A DNA stretch of 64,000 nucleotides from Candidatus Latescibacterota bacterium (GTDB lineage: Bacteria > Latescibacterota > UBA2968 > UBA8231), in contig OZ253462.1 in NCBI GenBank assembly GCA_965261395.1, positions 2,080,001 through 2,144,000 on the forward strand, given 5' to 3'. The notes beneath the pieces are model-generated. The model was not told where the DNA came from. It saw nothing but the letters and a program-made list of their open reading frames with translations, and made no database searches. The number at the start of each line of letters is the position of its first letter. Position 1 is the first letter of the stretch. Shown here piece after piece: positions 1-9,754 of the stretch. The translations under genes were made by a program, and so were the position numbers.

Positions 1-1863
1 ACGCTGCTCTACGGCGACACGGGCGGCGTAGAGAGCTTCCTCATATCGGCCTTGATAGTATAGGGTCATGCCTAAGTTGAGGTGAACATGCTGTGTACGC
101 GGATTGAGCGCGATGGCGCGGCGTAGATGGGCTTCTGCCTCCTCGAAATGACCCAACGCAGTCAAGGTGATGCCGAGGGTAGTATGCGCCTCAGCGAAGT
201 CTGGGCGTTGCTCTACTGCGACGCGGGCGGCCTCAAGGGCCTCCTCGTATCGTCCCTGCTCGCACAGGGTATTGCCTAAGTTGAAGTGGGCGTTCTTTTC
301 CTGCGGGTTGAGCGCGATGGCGCGGCGCAGATGGGCTTCGGCCTCCTCGAAACGACCCAGCGCATTGAGAATTGCGCCGACGTAGGCATGGGTCTTAGAG
401 TAATCCGGGCGTTGCTCTACCGCGATGCGGGCCACCTCAAGGGCTTCCTCATATCGTGCCTGATTGTACAGGAGTATGCCTAAGTTGAGGTGGGCGTTCC
501 GTGCCTGTGGGTTGAGCGCGATAATGTGGCGATTGAGGATTTCGTCGTCCCTCCAGATGTTCGCCTGTCGCCAAGTCAGCAACCCCAGCACAACGATAAC
601 CACCGCCGCAACACCCAGCGCACCCTTTTGCCGCAAGCCGGACAGGCGACGCACCCCATAAGCAGCTGCGCCGATGACGACAGCCATAACCCCGATACCA
701 GCGAGGTACTGAAAGCGGTCGGCGACAAAAGCATATTTCATATAGCCGTAATCGACGAAGCCCAACACCGGCGATAGCGTGACCGCAAAAAACAACGCCC
801 CAGCCAGCGGTCCGCGCCCAAGCTGCCGCCGGAAGTGCCAGAGGGCCACCACCAACGCGCCAGCAGCAACGAGATACCCCCAAGCTAACGGGTCCGAGAC
901 GCGGATGTCCCAACGCGGGTAGATGACGGCCAACTCCGACGGCCACAGCAGCTTGCCTGCATAAAACCATAGGGCACGAGCGGCGATAAGGATACGTTCC
1001 GTTAATGAGTAGTCAAAAGACGTAGATGCCCCAGACCGGTAAAACGACAAGTCGCCGACCGTGATGACTAGCCCTACCACGCAAAATGGCACTATCCGCA
1101 ACAAGTCAACCGAGGTCACGCGACCTTGTTTCCACCAATGCCAGATCAAAAATGCCGCTGGCAGCGTAATCGCGATGGACTTGCTCAGCATCGCCGCCGC
1201 ATACAACGCCAGCGAACACGCGTACCGCCGTGGATTCGGCTGCTCCACAAAGCGCATCCACGCCAGCGCCGCCGCAAGGTAAAACAAACCCGAAAGCACA
1301 TCCTTGCGCTCAATGATCCAAGCCACAGACTCCACATGCAGCGGATGCACGGCAAACACCGCGGCCACTACCCACGCACCGGGCACCGCTAACCGCCGCA
1401 GGAGGTGCCACAGCAGTAGGACATTCGCTAAGTGCAGCAGCACATTGACGACGTGATAGCCGGCTGGGGCATACCCCCACAGCTTGTGCTCCAGCCAGAA
1501 GGTCGTATAGACCAATGGCCAATAATGCCCCTCTTCTCCAATAGCGCTGGGGGAAAACCAGATTTTCCACAAACCCGATACTTCCTGCACCGGCTCGGAG
1601 TTGGTTATTATCCTGTCGTCCCAGACGAAGCCACCCCACAGCATCGCCGGCAGGTAGCTGACGACCACCAGCAAGCCGAGCGCAACAAAGGCCAGCACAT
1701 CCTGCCGCGAATAGGATGTCGCCGCTGTTAGGGGCGATGCAGTTTCAACCGTCTGCCTGGCTCTTGTGGAGTCGCGGGCCGCCTGCCGACGCTCTTGCCG
1801 CGACGGCGTGGATGGGGCCGACTGTTGGCTCGGCGTCTTTTCCGTGGGTCTTCTTTTGGCCAT
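1..1863 (-). CDS. TMTC-like GT-C membrane glycosyltransferase with C-terminal TPR repeats (3' end runs off window); paralog of 1923..4160
   Basis: ATG at 1863 gives MAKRRPTEKTPSQQSAP...LPAMLWGGFVWDD...HYWPLVYTTFW, colinear with the 745-aa ORF. TPR-coding repeats lie at 1-500. Missing from the ORF track, presumably because no stop lies within the window. Confidence 0.85.
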   Translation of the reverse strand, partial: MAKRRPTEKTPSQQSAPSTPSRQERRQAARDSTRARQTVETASPLTAATSYSRQDVLAFVALGLLVVVSYLPAMLWGGFVWDDRIITNSEPVQEVSGLWKIWFSPSAIGEEGHYWPLVYTTFWLEHKLWGYAPAGYHVVNVLLHLANVLLLWHLLRRLAVPGAWVVAAVFAVHPLHVESVAWIIERKDVLSGLFYLAAALAWMRFVEQPNPRRYACSLALYAAAMLSKSIAITLPAAFLIWHWWKQGRVTSVDLLRIVPFCVVGLVITVGDLSFYRSGASTSFDYSLTERILIAARALWFYAGKLLWPSELAVIYPRWDIRVSDPLAWGYLVAAGALVVALWHFRRQLGRGPLAGALFFAVTLSPVLGFVDYGYMKYAFVADRFQYLAGIGVMAVVIGAAAYGVRRLSGLRQKGALGVAAVVIVVLGLLTWRQANIWRDDEILNRHIIALNPQARNAHLNLGILLYNQARYEEALEVARIAVEQRPDYSKTHAYVGAILNALGRFEEAEAHLRRAIALNPQEKNAHFNLGNTLCEQGRYEEALEAARVAVEQRPDFAEAHTTLGITLTALGHFEEAEAHLRRAIALNPRTQHVHLNLGMTLYYQGRYEEALYAARVAVEQR

Positions 1864-1922
1864 TTATCTACTGGTGTAGTTCGAAGGTTTTTGGGCCGCT
1901 AACGTGTATCGCAATGTTGAAG

Positions 1923-4160
1923 TCACTCGACATTTCCTTCCATCGCCTCCAGCAGAGCCTCGCGATTGGCACGCGCTTCCTCCATGGTAGGATCGAGTGA
2001 GAACGCTTGGTCAAAGCGTTGCAGCGCCTCGTCGTTTCTGCCCAAGAAGGCGAGGGTGATGCCCATGTTGCTATAGGTCGCTGCGTCGTTAGGCCGGATT
2101 TCGATGATCCGCTGAAAAAGTTCCAGCGCCTCGTCGTAGCGTTGCTGCTCTAACCTCAGAAAGGCTAGCCTACGGATAGTTTTCGTATGGCGGCGTGGGT
2201 CTATCTCGAAGGCACGTATGTAGTATTCTGTCGCCGCCTCGGGTTGCCCGTTCTCCTCGGCTGCCTGCCCCATGAGAAAATGCAACTTGGCTGCCCGCGG
2301 CGAGGCCGGGTCCAATACGACCGCCTGCGCTAGAGCATCAATGGCTTCTTCGTAGCGTCCTTGTGGCGTGAGGACCTCGGCTAACTTCTGGAAAAGGTCC
2401 ACATCTTGCGAGTCGAGTGCGATGGCGTGGCGCAGATGGGTTTCTGCCTCCTCGTAGCGTCCCAACTCACTGAGACCTGCGCCGAGATTGATATGGGCCT
2501 TAAAGTAATCCGGGGCTTGCTCTATGGCGGCGCGGTACGCGGCGACAGCTTCCTCATATCGTCCCTGATCATACAGTAGCGTGCCTAAATTGAGGTGGCG
2601 GTGCTCTGCCCTTGGGTTGAGCGCGACGGCGCGACGCAGGTGTTTCTCCGCTTCCTCAAAGCGTCCCAGCCTACGGAGCACCAGACCGAGGATGGAATGT
2701 GCCTTAGCGTCGTCTGGGCGTTGTTCTACCGCGACGCGGTACGCGGCGACGGCATCCTCATACAGCTCCTGATTACGCAGTGCCATGCCTAAGTTGAGGT
2801 GGACGTTCCGTGCCTGTGGGTTGAGCGCGATAATGTGACGATTGAAGGTTTCGTCGTCCTGATAAATACTTGCCTGACGCCAAGTCAGTACACCCAGCAT
2901 AACGAGCACCACTGCCGCACCGCCCAGCGCACCCTTCTGCCACAAGCCTGGCAGAAGACGGACGCCATAGGTGGTCGCACCGATGACTACGGCCATAACC
3001 CCGATACCAGCAAGATATTGAAAGCGATCAGCGACAAAAGCATACTGCATATAGCCATGATCGACGAAGCCCAACACCGGCGACAACGTCACCACAAAAA
3101 ACAACGCCCCGGCCAGTGGTCCGCGCCCAAGTTGCAGCCGGAAGTGCCAGAGAGCTGCCGCCAGCGCAAAAGCAGCGATGAGATACCCCCAAGCCAGCGG
3201 GTCCGCGACGCGGATGTCCCAAAGCGGGTAGATGACGGCCAACTCAGACGGCCACAGCAGCTTACCTGCATAAAACCACAGGGCACGGGCGACGATGAGC
3301 ATCCGTTCCGTTAATGAATAGTCGAAAAACATCTCCTGCACAGACCAGTAGAACAACAAATCACCGGACGTGATGACCAGCCCTACCATACAAAACGGTA
3401 CTAGCCGCAACAGGTCGGTTGAAGTCACTCGGCCTTGTTTCCACCAAGGCCAAATCAAAAGCGCCGCCGGCAGCGTAACCACGATGGACTTGCTCAGTAG
3501 ACCTGCCGCATATAACGCCAGTGAACACACATACCACCGCAGATTTGTCTGCTCCACAAAGCGCATCCACGCCAACACCGCCGTAAAGTAAAGCAAGCCC
3601 GAAAGCACATCCTTCCGCTCGATAATCCAAGCCACCGACTCCACGTGCAAAGGATGCACGGCAAACACCGCGGCTATCACCCACGCGCCGGGCACCACTA
3701 ACCGACGTAGGAGATGCCACAGCAGCAGCGTATTCGCTAGGTGCAGCAACACATTGACGATGTGATAGCCCGCCGGGTTAAACCCCCATAGCTTGTGCTC
3801 CAGCCAGAAGGTCGTATAGACCAAAGGCCAATAGTGCTTCTCTCTTTCAATATCGCTCGGAGAGAACCAGATTTGCCACAGACCGGATACTTCTCGGACC
3901 GGATCAACCTTAATGCATGTGTGGTCGTCCCAGACGAAACCACCCCACAGCATCGCCGGCAGGTAGCTGACGACCACCAGCAGGCCGAGCGCGAGAAGAG
4001 CCAGCATGTCCCCCCGCGAGAAGCCGCCAGAGGGCGGCGGCTCAACCGTCTGCCTAGCTCTTGCGTCGTCGCGAGCCGCCTGCCTGCGCTCCTGCCGCGT
4101 GGGCTTGGATGGGGCCGGTCGTTGGCGTGGAGTCTTTTCCGTCGGTCTTCTTTTGGCCAT
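1923..4160 (-). CDS. TMTC-like (protein O-mannosyltransferase-type GT-C) membrane protein with TPR repeats
   Basis: FVWDD loop after TM1, HPLHVESVAWIIERKD, ADRFQYL, many TM helices, then multiple TPRs (e.g. AHINLGAGLSELGRYEEAETHLRHAIALD). Confidence 0.85.
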   Translation of the reverse strand: MAKRRPTEKTPRQRPAPSKPTRQERRQAARDDARARQTVEPPPSGGFSRGDMLALLALGLLVVVSYLPAMLWGGFVWDDHTCIKVDPVREVSGLWQIWFSPSDIEREKHYWPLVYTTFWLEHKLWGFNPAGYHIVNVLLHLANTLLLWHLLRRLVVPGAWVIAAVFAVHPLHVESVAWIIERKDVLSGLLYFTAVLAWMRFVEQTNLRWYVCSLALYAAGLLSKSIVVTLPAALLIWPWWKQGRVTSTDLLRLVPFCMVGLVITSGDLLFYWSVQEMFFDYSLTERMLIVARALWFYAGKLLWPSELAVIYPLWDIRVADPLAWGYLIAAFALAAALWHFRLQLGRGPLAGALFFVVTLSPVLGFVDHGYMQYAFVADRFQYLAGIGVMAVVIGATTYGVRLLPGLWQKGALGGAAVVLVMLGVLTWRQASIYQDDETFNRHIIALNPQARNVHLNLGMALRNQELYEDAVAAYRVAVEQRPDDAKAHSILGLVLRRLGRFEEAEKHLRRAVALNPRAEHRHLNLGTLLYDQGRYEEAVAAYRAAIEQAPDYFKAHINLGAGLSELGRYEEAETHLRHAIALDSQDVDLFQKLAEVLTPQGRYEEAIDALAQAVVLDPASPRAAKLHFLMGQAAEENGQPEAATEYYIRAFEIDPRRHTKTIRRLAFLRLEQQRYDEALELFQRIIEIRPNDAATYSNMGITLAFLGRNDEALQRFDQAFSLDPTMEEARANREALLEAMEGNVE

Positions 4161-4186
4161 TTAACAACTCATGGATTCTATTGTAG

Positions 4187-5914
4187 CTATTGCCCTTTTA
4201 TCTCCGTCGCTTCGTCGGCAAAACGGATACCCGAATTGGGCGGAGGCGTGGGCGCGTCGGAATAGAGTTGGCGCATCAATTTTGTGAAAGTGCCACCCGT
4301 GATCGTCGGGGCGTACTCCTGCCATGTGCGGATAGCCGGCCCGTCTGCGTCTCGGCGCAGGATGCGGATGGTTCCGAATGTTTTTTCCACCGAGTAGCCG
4401 GGAACGGAAGTGGCCGGGTTCGCCGACACGATGTGGCTGACCGAGCTTGCAATAACCTCCAACTGTGATTTTTCCGCATCTGAGAATAGGCCAAGCATTC
4501 TACGGCCGGTATAGAGTGGTATTTTCCGGTGCAGATAGTAGTAGCCGGGGATATTGAAATAGGCGCGGTCAACCTGCCACACGGCGGTGACTCCAGGCGC
4601 ACTGGCGAGATAGCGGTACGCGGCAAAAACCGGGTCCTGATTGCGCAGGAAACCAACGATGCCGGTCTCCCTTGAATATGCCTGATACACTTTTTCTTGG
4701 TACGGCAGCGCGTTCAGGATGCCGGCGAGGGAAATCGCTGCGAAGGATGCTGCCAGCGCGAGGGAAGTCGGCCCCAACAACATGCGCGACCTGCCCGCGC
4801 TAGCACGGGACGCGAACCACACCACAAAGTCTGCGCCAATCAGCAGCCAGAGCGGAATGACGACGAAGATGAAGCGATACTCCTTGTGAGACTGCGTCGA
4901 GTGGATCAGCAGCGTCAGGGCGATAAGCGTCAGCAGGAATCCGTAGCGCCGGAGGTCGGGCAAAGCCAAGACACACAGGGCCACCAGCCCCATATTGGCT
5001 ATCAGGAGCTGATAGAGGAATTGCCATGCTGGGCTCTCACCGGCGCGCAAGTCGCCAAGGGCGAGGTTGACGCGAATGTTGACGACGTAGGAGTGAAACA
5101 AACCACCGTCCCACGTAATCGCGTCGAATATGCCGATGGCGACAAGAACCGAGGCCGCGATAAGCACGAGCTGAGTCTTTTTCCCAGTGCGCAAAAAGAA
5201 CAGGCCAAGAATCAGCAGGGCCAACGGGGCATACTGCACCCGGATCGCCGCCACCAGCACCGCTAGCACCGCTGCCGTTAAGACGACCCGCAGTTTGTCC
5301 GACGCAGGCCGCACACAAAGCGCAAGCAAGGACATCAGCAGGGCCGTGGCGACAAACTCGGTCATCGGCTTGTGGGCAAAACCGACAAGCTCGTACCAGA
5401 ACGCACCCATCAGCAACGCGACCCGCGCCGCAGTTTCGCCAAAGTGCCACCGGGCAAAAAAGTACATGCCCGCCGGGATGAGCAGGGAGATCGCGCAAAA
5501 CACGAGCTTGACGCCGCCGACGTACCAGAAAGGCTGACCGAGGCCGACGATGTCGAACAACTTCAAGACGCCAGCGACCAACCCAGGTACCAGCCACGAA
5601 CGGGCACCGTAGAAGTACTCCCAATAGGTTACGCCATTACCGAAGACTAGGCGGTGAGCCGGTTCGAGGTACTGCATGATTTCGTCGGGGTGCAAGACGA
5701 AGTCGCCGGACAGGGCAATAGCCGCCCGTGCGACAAAGGCCAGAGCGAGCACCGGCAGCAGGTATTTCCAAGGGCGCTCGTTAGGAGGGACCGGATGCAG
5801 CAGGAGGTCGGACATCGAGCGCAGACGCACTGACCAGGGCAACGCCTGCTTGAGCTTATCCCGGCGGGTGGTTGCGCCGCGCCCATGTGCTTGAGACCGA
5901 TTGCGCTTGGACAA
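4187..5914 (-). CDS. GT22 (PIG-B/ALG9-like) membrane mannosyltransferase
   Basis: HPDEIMQYLEPAHRLVFGNGVTYWEY and HKEYRFIF match the PIG-B/ALG9 signature segments; polytopic membrane protein. Start codon uncertain (TTG). Confidence 0.75.
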   Translation of the reverse strand: MSKRNRSQAHGRGATTRRDKLKQALPWSVRLRSMSDLLLHPVPPNERPWKYLLPVLALAFVARAAIALSGDFVLHPDEIMQYLEPAHRLVFGNGVTYWEYFYGARSWLVPGLVAGVLKLFDIVGLGQPFWYVGGVKLVFCAISLLIPAGMYFFARWHFGETAARVALLMGAFWYELVGFAHKPMTEFVATALLMSLLALCVRPASDKLRVVLTAAVLAVLVAAIRVQYAPLALLILGLFFLRTGKKTQLVLIAASVLVAIGIFDAITWDGGLFHSYVVNIRVNLALGDLRAGESPAWQFLYQLLIANMGLVALCVLALPDLRRYGFLLTLIALTLLIHSTQSHKEYRFIFVVIPLWLLIGADFVVWFASRASAGRSRMLLGPTSLALAASFAAISLAGILNALPYQEKVYQAYSRETGIVGFLRNQDPVFAAYRYLASAPGVTAVWQVDRAYFNIPGYYYLHRKIPLYTGRRMLGLFSDAEKSQLEVIASSVSHIVSANPATSVPGYSVEKTFGTIRILRRDADGPAIRTWQEYAPTITGGTFTKLMRQLYSDAPTPPPNSGIRFADEATEIKGQ

Positions 5915-5960
5915 AGGCTATCCCCTAGGCGTACTTGTTCATCTCAGGAAGCAAGGCCGG

Positions 5961-6368
5961 TCAACGCCCCTCCTCCCGAAACGTCCAGTAGGAATTGAGG
6001 AAGTAATTAAACAACGTGCCCGGCGCGATCGCGCACCCCTGTAGCCACACCGGATCAACTTGCGGTAACCACACCGACAGCCCGACAAACGTCGAATAGC
6101 TCACCCCGAGGGCCAGCAGCGAGACGATGTGAAACCGCAAACCCCGGATCCGCTTGCGGCTGCTCAGGTCGCGGTCGGCAAAGGTCCAATAGTTGTTGAG
6201 GAAAAAGTTCGAAAAGACCGAGATTTCGATCGCAATGGGCGAGGCCAGATACTTATGGACGCCGAGTTCGAGCAGGATATGGAACGAACCGAGATTGACC
6301 ACCACCCCGCTGAGGCCGGTCAGGCAGAATTTTACGAAGGTGCGGGGTGTGCCAAGCACAGCTACCAT
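5961..6368 (-). CDS. GtrA family membrane protein (lipid-linked sugar translocation)
   Basis: FVKFCLTGLSGVVVNLG, NFFLNNYWTF and NYFLNSYWTF; four TM segments. Confidence 0.85.
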   Translation of the reverse strand: MVAVLGTPRTFVKFCLTGLSGVVVNLGSFHILLELGVHKYLASPIAIEISVFSNFFLNNYWTFADRDLSSRKRIRGLRFHIVSLLALGVSYSTFVGLSVWLPQVDPVWLQGCAIAPGTLFNYFLNSYWTFREEGR

Positions 6369-6387
6369 TTTGCGCGAGCCTTGCTAC

Positions 6388-7227
6388 TTACGCCGCGTCG
6401 TATTCGGCCATCAAGCCGCGCAAGTAGCGCACGGCCTTGGGTATGGCGGTCGCCTCTGCTTCCGCGTCCTGCCCTTCGTACACCACCGACAGCCAGCCGT
6501 TGTAGTTGACGCCTTTTAGAATCTCGAAGATGCGCGGATAGTTGAGCCACTCTTCAACGCCGCTTTCGATGCGATAGATCTTGCAGCGGACGTGGACGGC
6601 CAACGGAGCGGTCTCCTCGATGCTGCCGTAAAAGTTGAGGGCGGGATCTTCGTGCCCGCGCTGGCCCGAAGCCCCGGGCGAGCCAACGTATTGACCCGTG
6701 TCGAGGATGTGCGAGAAATAAGGGTTATCGACGCCCTCGATAATGCGGCGCACATCCTTGCCCGTGCGCGTGACGCAGCCGTGGTTGTGGTTGTGCAAGC
6801 CGACCACCACGCCCTTTTCCTCGCCGTGCGCCGCTACTTCCTCCAAGCAGGGCATCATCCGCGCCCACACGTCCTCTTCGCGGTCGCCTTCGGGAATCCA
6901 CGCGGCAAAAACCCGCACCAGCGGAATGCCCATGAACGCGGCCACGTCAATCCACTCCTTGGCAGTGGAGACTTCGGCGGCGAGTTCGTCTTGGGGTTTG
7001 CCGAAGTTGGAGCTGACGCCGATATAGGAAAGCGCGAGCCCGCGCCTGAAGGCCTGCATGCGAATGCTGCGCAGATAGGCCGGGTCGAGCGAGGTAAAGG
7101 CGCGCGTGTGGATGTCGATGCCGTCGAGGCTGAGCTGGTAGGCGCGTTCAATAAACTGCTCCAAGTCGAGCTTGCTCGCGGCAAATTCGTCTTTGTAGCT
7201 GAGGGACATGCAGCCTAGTTTGAGCAT
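6388..7227 (-). CDS. Sugar phosphate isomerase/epimerase (xylose isomerase-like TIM barrel)
   Basis: GLHNHNH, LDTGQ and YNGWLSVVYEG motifs. Confidence 0.8.
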   Translation of the reverse strand: MLKLGCMSLSYKDEFAASKLDLEQFIERAYQLSLDGIDIHTRAFTSLDPAYLRSIRMQAFRRGLALSYIGVSSNFGKPQDELAAEVSTAKEWIDVAAFMGIPLVRVFAAWIPEGDREEDVWARMMPCLEEVAAHGEEKGVVVGLHNHNHGCVTRTGKDVRRIIEGVDNPYFSHILDTGQYVGSPGASGQRGHEDPALNFYGSIEETAPLAVHVRCKIYRIESGVEEWLNYPRIFEILKGVNYNGWLSVVYEGQDAEAEATAIPKAVRYLRGLMAEYDAA

Positions 7228-7377
7228 TAGAGGTCTCCTTTAGAGTGGGATTGGGCGCAATTTGCAACTCGCACGTATTGGGCCGACAAAATAACGAACT
7301 ACGGCGCGGCGGCCAATTTGTCCGCAACCAAGGCTTGTGCTATTTTCCGCGCTTCACCTCCAACAGGAAGCAAAGCT

Positions 7378-8481
7378 GTGATCGAAGTAGGAGAATACAA
7401 AGTCGCCGAGCCGGACGGCATTGAGACGCCAGCTATGCTGGTCTTTGCCGACCAACTCGACCACAACATAAAAACAGTCGGCGAATTAGTCGGCGGCAGC
7501 GAGCACTTGTTCGTTCACGTCAAGACCCACAAGTCCATCGACGTAACGCGCAAACAGCTCGCCTCCGGCGTCGCCGGGTTCAAATGCGCCACGCTCAAGG
7601 AGCTGGAGATGGCCCTCGACGCCGGCGCGCAGGAAGCCATTCTGTCCTATCCGCTGGTGCAAAAAAGCAAGGTGCTGCGCTTCGCCGCGTTGGCGCAAAG
7701 AGACGCGACCATCAGTGCGATTGCCAGCGCACCCGCGCATGTGCAGGTCTTAGGCGACGTGGCGCAAGAGCGGCAGCAAACTCTGCGGGTGATGATCGAC
7801 CTCAACGTAGGCATGTTCCGCACCGGCGTTCCTTTGGACGCGGCCATCGACCTCTACCGCCAAGTGGCGCAACACCCCCACCTGTCGCCGGGCGGACTAC
7901 ATTTGTATGACGGGCACGAGACCATCTCCGAGCCTAAGGCGCGCCAAGCAGCGGCCGAGCAGCACATCCGCGATGCCCAACGCCTAAAAGCAGCCCTCGA
8001 AGGCGAGGGCTTGGCCGTGCCCCGAGTCGTCGGGGGCGGATCCTTTTCCTCTTTATACTACGCCCGCACCGAGGGGATGCACGGCTCCCCAGGCACCTGC
8101 GTGTACTGGGATGCTGGGTACGGCAGCAAAATGGCCGAACTGCCCTTCAAATGGGCGGCCCTCGTCCTGACGCAAGTGGTCGATCGCTATCCCGAGCATC
8201 AGACAATCACCACGGACTTGGGCACCAAGGCCATCAGCGACGATGGCCCCCTGCCGAGCCGGGCCAAGCTCTTGCAGAATCCAGCGGCCGAGTTGCTCAG
8301 GCAAAACGAGGAACACGGCGTCTTCTCCTGGTCCGATTCACAACCCGAAGTCGGCACCTACCTCCTCGCCGTGCCTTGGCACGTGTGTCCGACGACGATT
8401 CGCTACCCGGGCACGCACGTCATCGATGGCCACGGGCAGGTCGCAGGCTACTACCTGCACTCGGCCCGCGACCGCGCCTAA
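7378..8481 (+). CDS. D-threonine aldolase/DSD1-family PLP-dependent enzyme
   Basis: IETPAMLV, HVKTHK (PLP lysine), HLYDGH, NEEHG, PWHVCPT. GTG 7378 preferred over TTG 7318. Confidence 0.85.
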   Translation: MIEVGEYKVAEPDGIETPAMLVFADQLDHNIKTVGELVGGSEHLFVHVKTHKSIDVTRKQLASGVAGFKCATLKELEMALDAGAQEAILSYPLVQKSKVLRFAALAQRDATISAIASAPAHVQVLGDVAQERQQTLRVMIDLNVGMFRTGVPLDAAIDLYRQVAQHPHLSPGGLHLYDGHETISEPKARQAAAEQHIRDAQRLKAALEGEGLAVPRVVGGGSFSSLYYARTEGMHGSPGTCVYWDAGYGSKMAELPFKWAALVLTQVVDRYPEHQTITTDLGTKAISDDGPLPSRAKLLQNPAAELLRQNEEHGVFSWSDSQPEVGTYLLAVPWHVCPTTIRYPGTHVIDGHGQVAGYYLHSARDRA

Positions 8482-8487
8482 TTAGCG

Positions 8488-9648
8488 ATGCCCGCGCAGT
8501 TGAAGCTGGCGGAACTAGCCGCCAAGGAGCGGCGGCGGGTCGTGGGACTGATGTCCGGGACCTCGGCCGACGGGATCGACGCCGTGCTGGTCGATCTGTG
8601 GGGCTGCGGCGAATCCACGCGCTACGAAGTCTTGTCCTTTAATACCACGCCGCTGCCCAGCGACTTGCGGCGCGAGGTATTCGCCCTCTTCGCTGAGGAT
8701 GCGTCACTCGACGCGCTGTGCCGGATCAACTTTGCCCTCGGCGAGGCGTTTGCAACAGCAGCCCTAGCCGCGGTCGAGCAAGCCAAGCTCAGTCCCGAAA
8801 CCATCGATCTAATCGGCTCGCACGGACAGACCGTGCGCCATCTGCCGGCCAGCGGGGCTACCTTGCAGATTGGCGAGCCAGCCGTTATTGCTGCGCGCAC
8901 GGGCGCGGTGACCATTGCGGACTTTCGCGCGGCCGACATGGCCGTCGGCGGCGAAGGCGCACCGCTGGTACCGCTAGTAGATCACCTGCTCTTTGGCCAT
9001 CGGCACGAGGGGCGTCTGCTGCTCAATATCGGCGGGATCGCCAACATCACGGCCTTGCCGCCCAACGCCGATACCAGCGCAATACGGGCCTTTGACCTAG
9101 GACCGGGCAACATGCTCATCGATGCGGCCGTGGCGCATTGCACCGGCGGTCGCGAGCACTTCGATCGCGGAGGTATGCGGGCGTCGTGGGGGCGCGTCGA
9201 TGAGGCCCTATTGGCCGAGCTGATGCGCACCAGCTTCTTACAGCGCGAGCCGCCCAAATCCACGGGGCGCGAGGAATTTGGCGAGCCTTTCCTCGCGGAT
9301 ATTCTCCGGCGCGGCACGTGGAAAGACGACGACCTGATCGCCACGCTAACCGCCTTTACCGTGCAATCCATTGCCGAGGGCATTCGCCGCTTCTGCCCCG
9401 GGGAGTTCGCCAAGCTCTGGGTCGGCGGCGGCGGCGTCCACAATCCGCGCATTATGGCGGGGTTGCGCCACGCGCTGCCGGATCTAGCAGTCCAGTCGCT
9501 GGCCGACCTGGGCGTTGATCCAGACGCGCGCGAGGCCCTCGCCTTCGCGGTGCTTGCCAACGAGACGCTGATGGGCCGCACCGGCAATATCCCGGCCGCC
9601 ACCCGCGCCCAGCGCCCGGTCGTCCTCGGCAAAATCGCCCTGCCGTGA
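8488..9648 (+). CDS. anmK: Anhydro-N-acetylmuramic acid kinase
   Basis: GLMSGTSADGID, IGSHGQT, GGEGAPLVP, NIGGIANIT, FDLGPGN, PKSTGREEF. Confidence 0.95.
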   Translation: MPAQLKLAELAAKERRRVVGLMSGTSADGIDAVLVDLWGCGESTRYEVLSFNTTPLPSDLRREVFALFAEDASLDALCRINFALGEAFATAALAAVEQAKLSPETIDLIGSHGQTVRHLPASGATLQIGEPAVIAARTGAVTIADFRAADMAVGGEGAPLVPLVDHLLFGHRHEGRLLLNIGGIANITALPPNADTSAIRAFDLGPGNMLIDAAVAHCTGGREHFDRGGMRASWGRVDEALLAELMRTSFLQREPPKSTGREEFGEPFLADILRRGTWKDDDLIATLTAFTVQSIAEGIRRFCPGEFAKLWVGGGGVHNPRIMAGLRHALPDLAVQSLADLGVDPDAREALAFAVLANETLMGRTGNIPAATRAQRPVVLGKIALP

Positions 9649-9653
9649 ACCGC

Positions 9654-9681
9654 GTAGGGGCGACCGGCCGGTCGCCCCTAC
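9654..9681. repeat. GTAG-type REP-like perfect palindrome
   Basis: GTAGGGGCGACCGGCCGGTCGCCCCTAC is a perfect 28-bp palindrome just after the anmK stop. Confidence 0.75.
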
Positions 9682-9754
9682 AGTTGATAAAAATCCGCGC
9701 CGCCAATATGTTTGCCCGCTAGTTTGCCCGCTACCAAACCACAAAGGAGACGCA

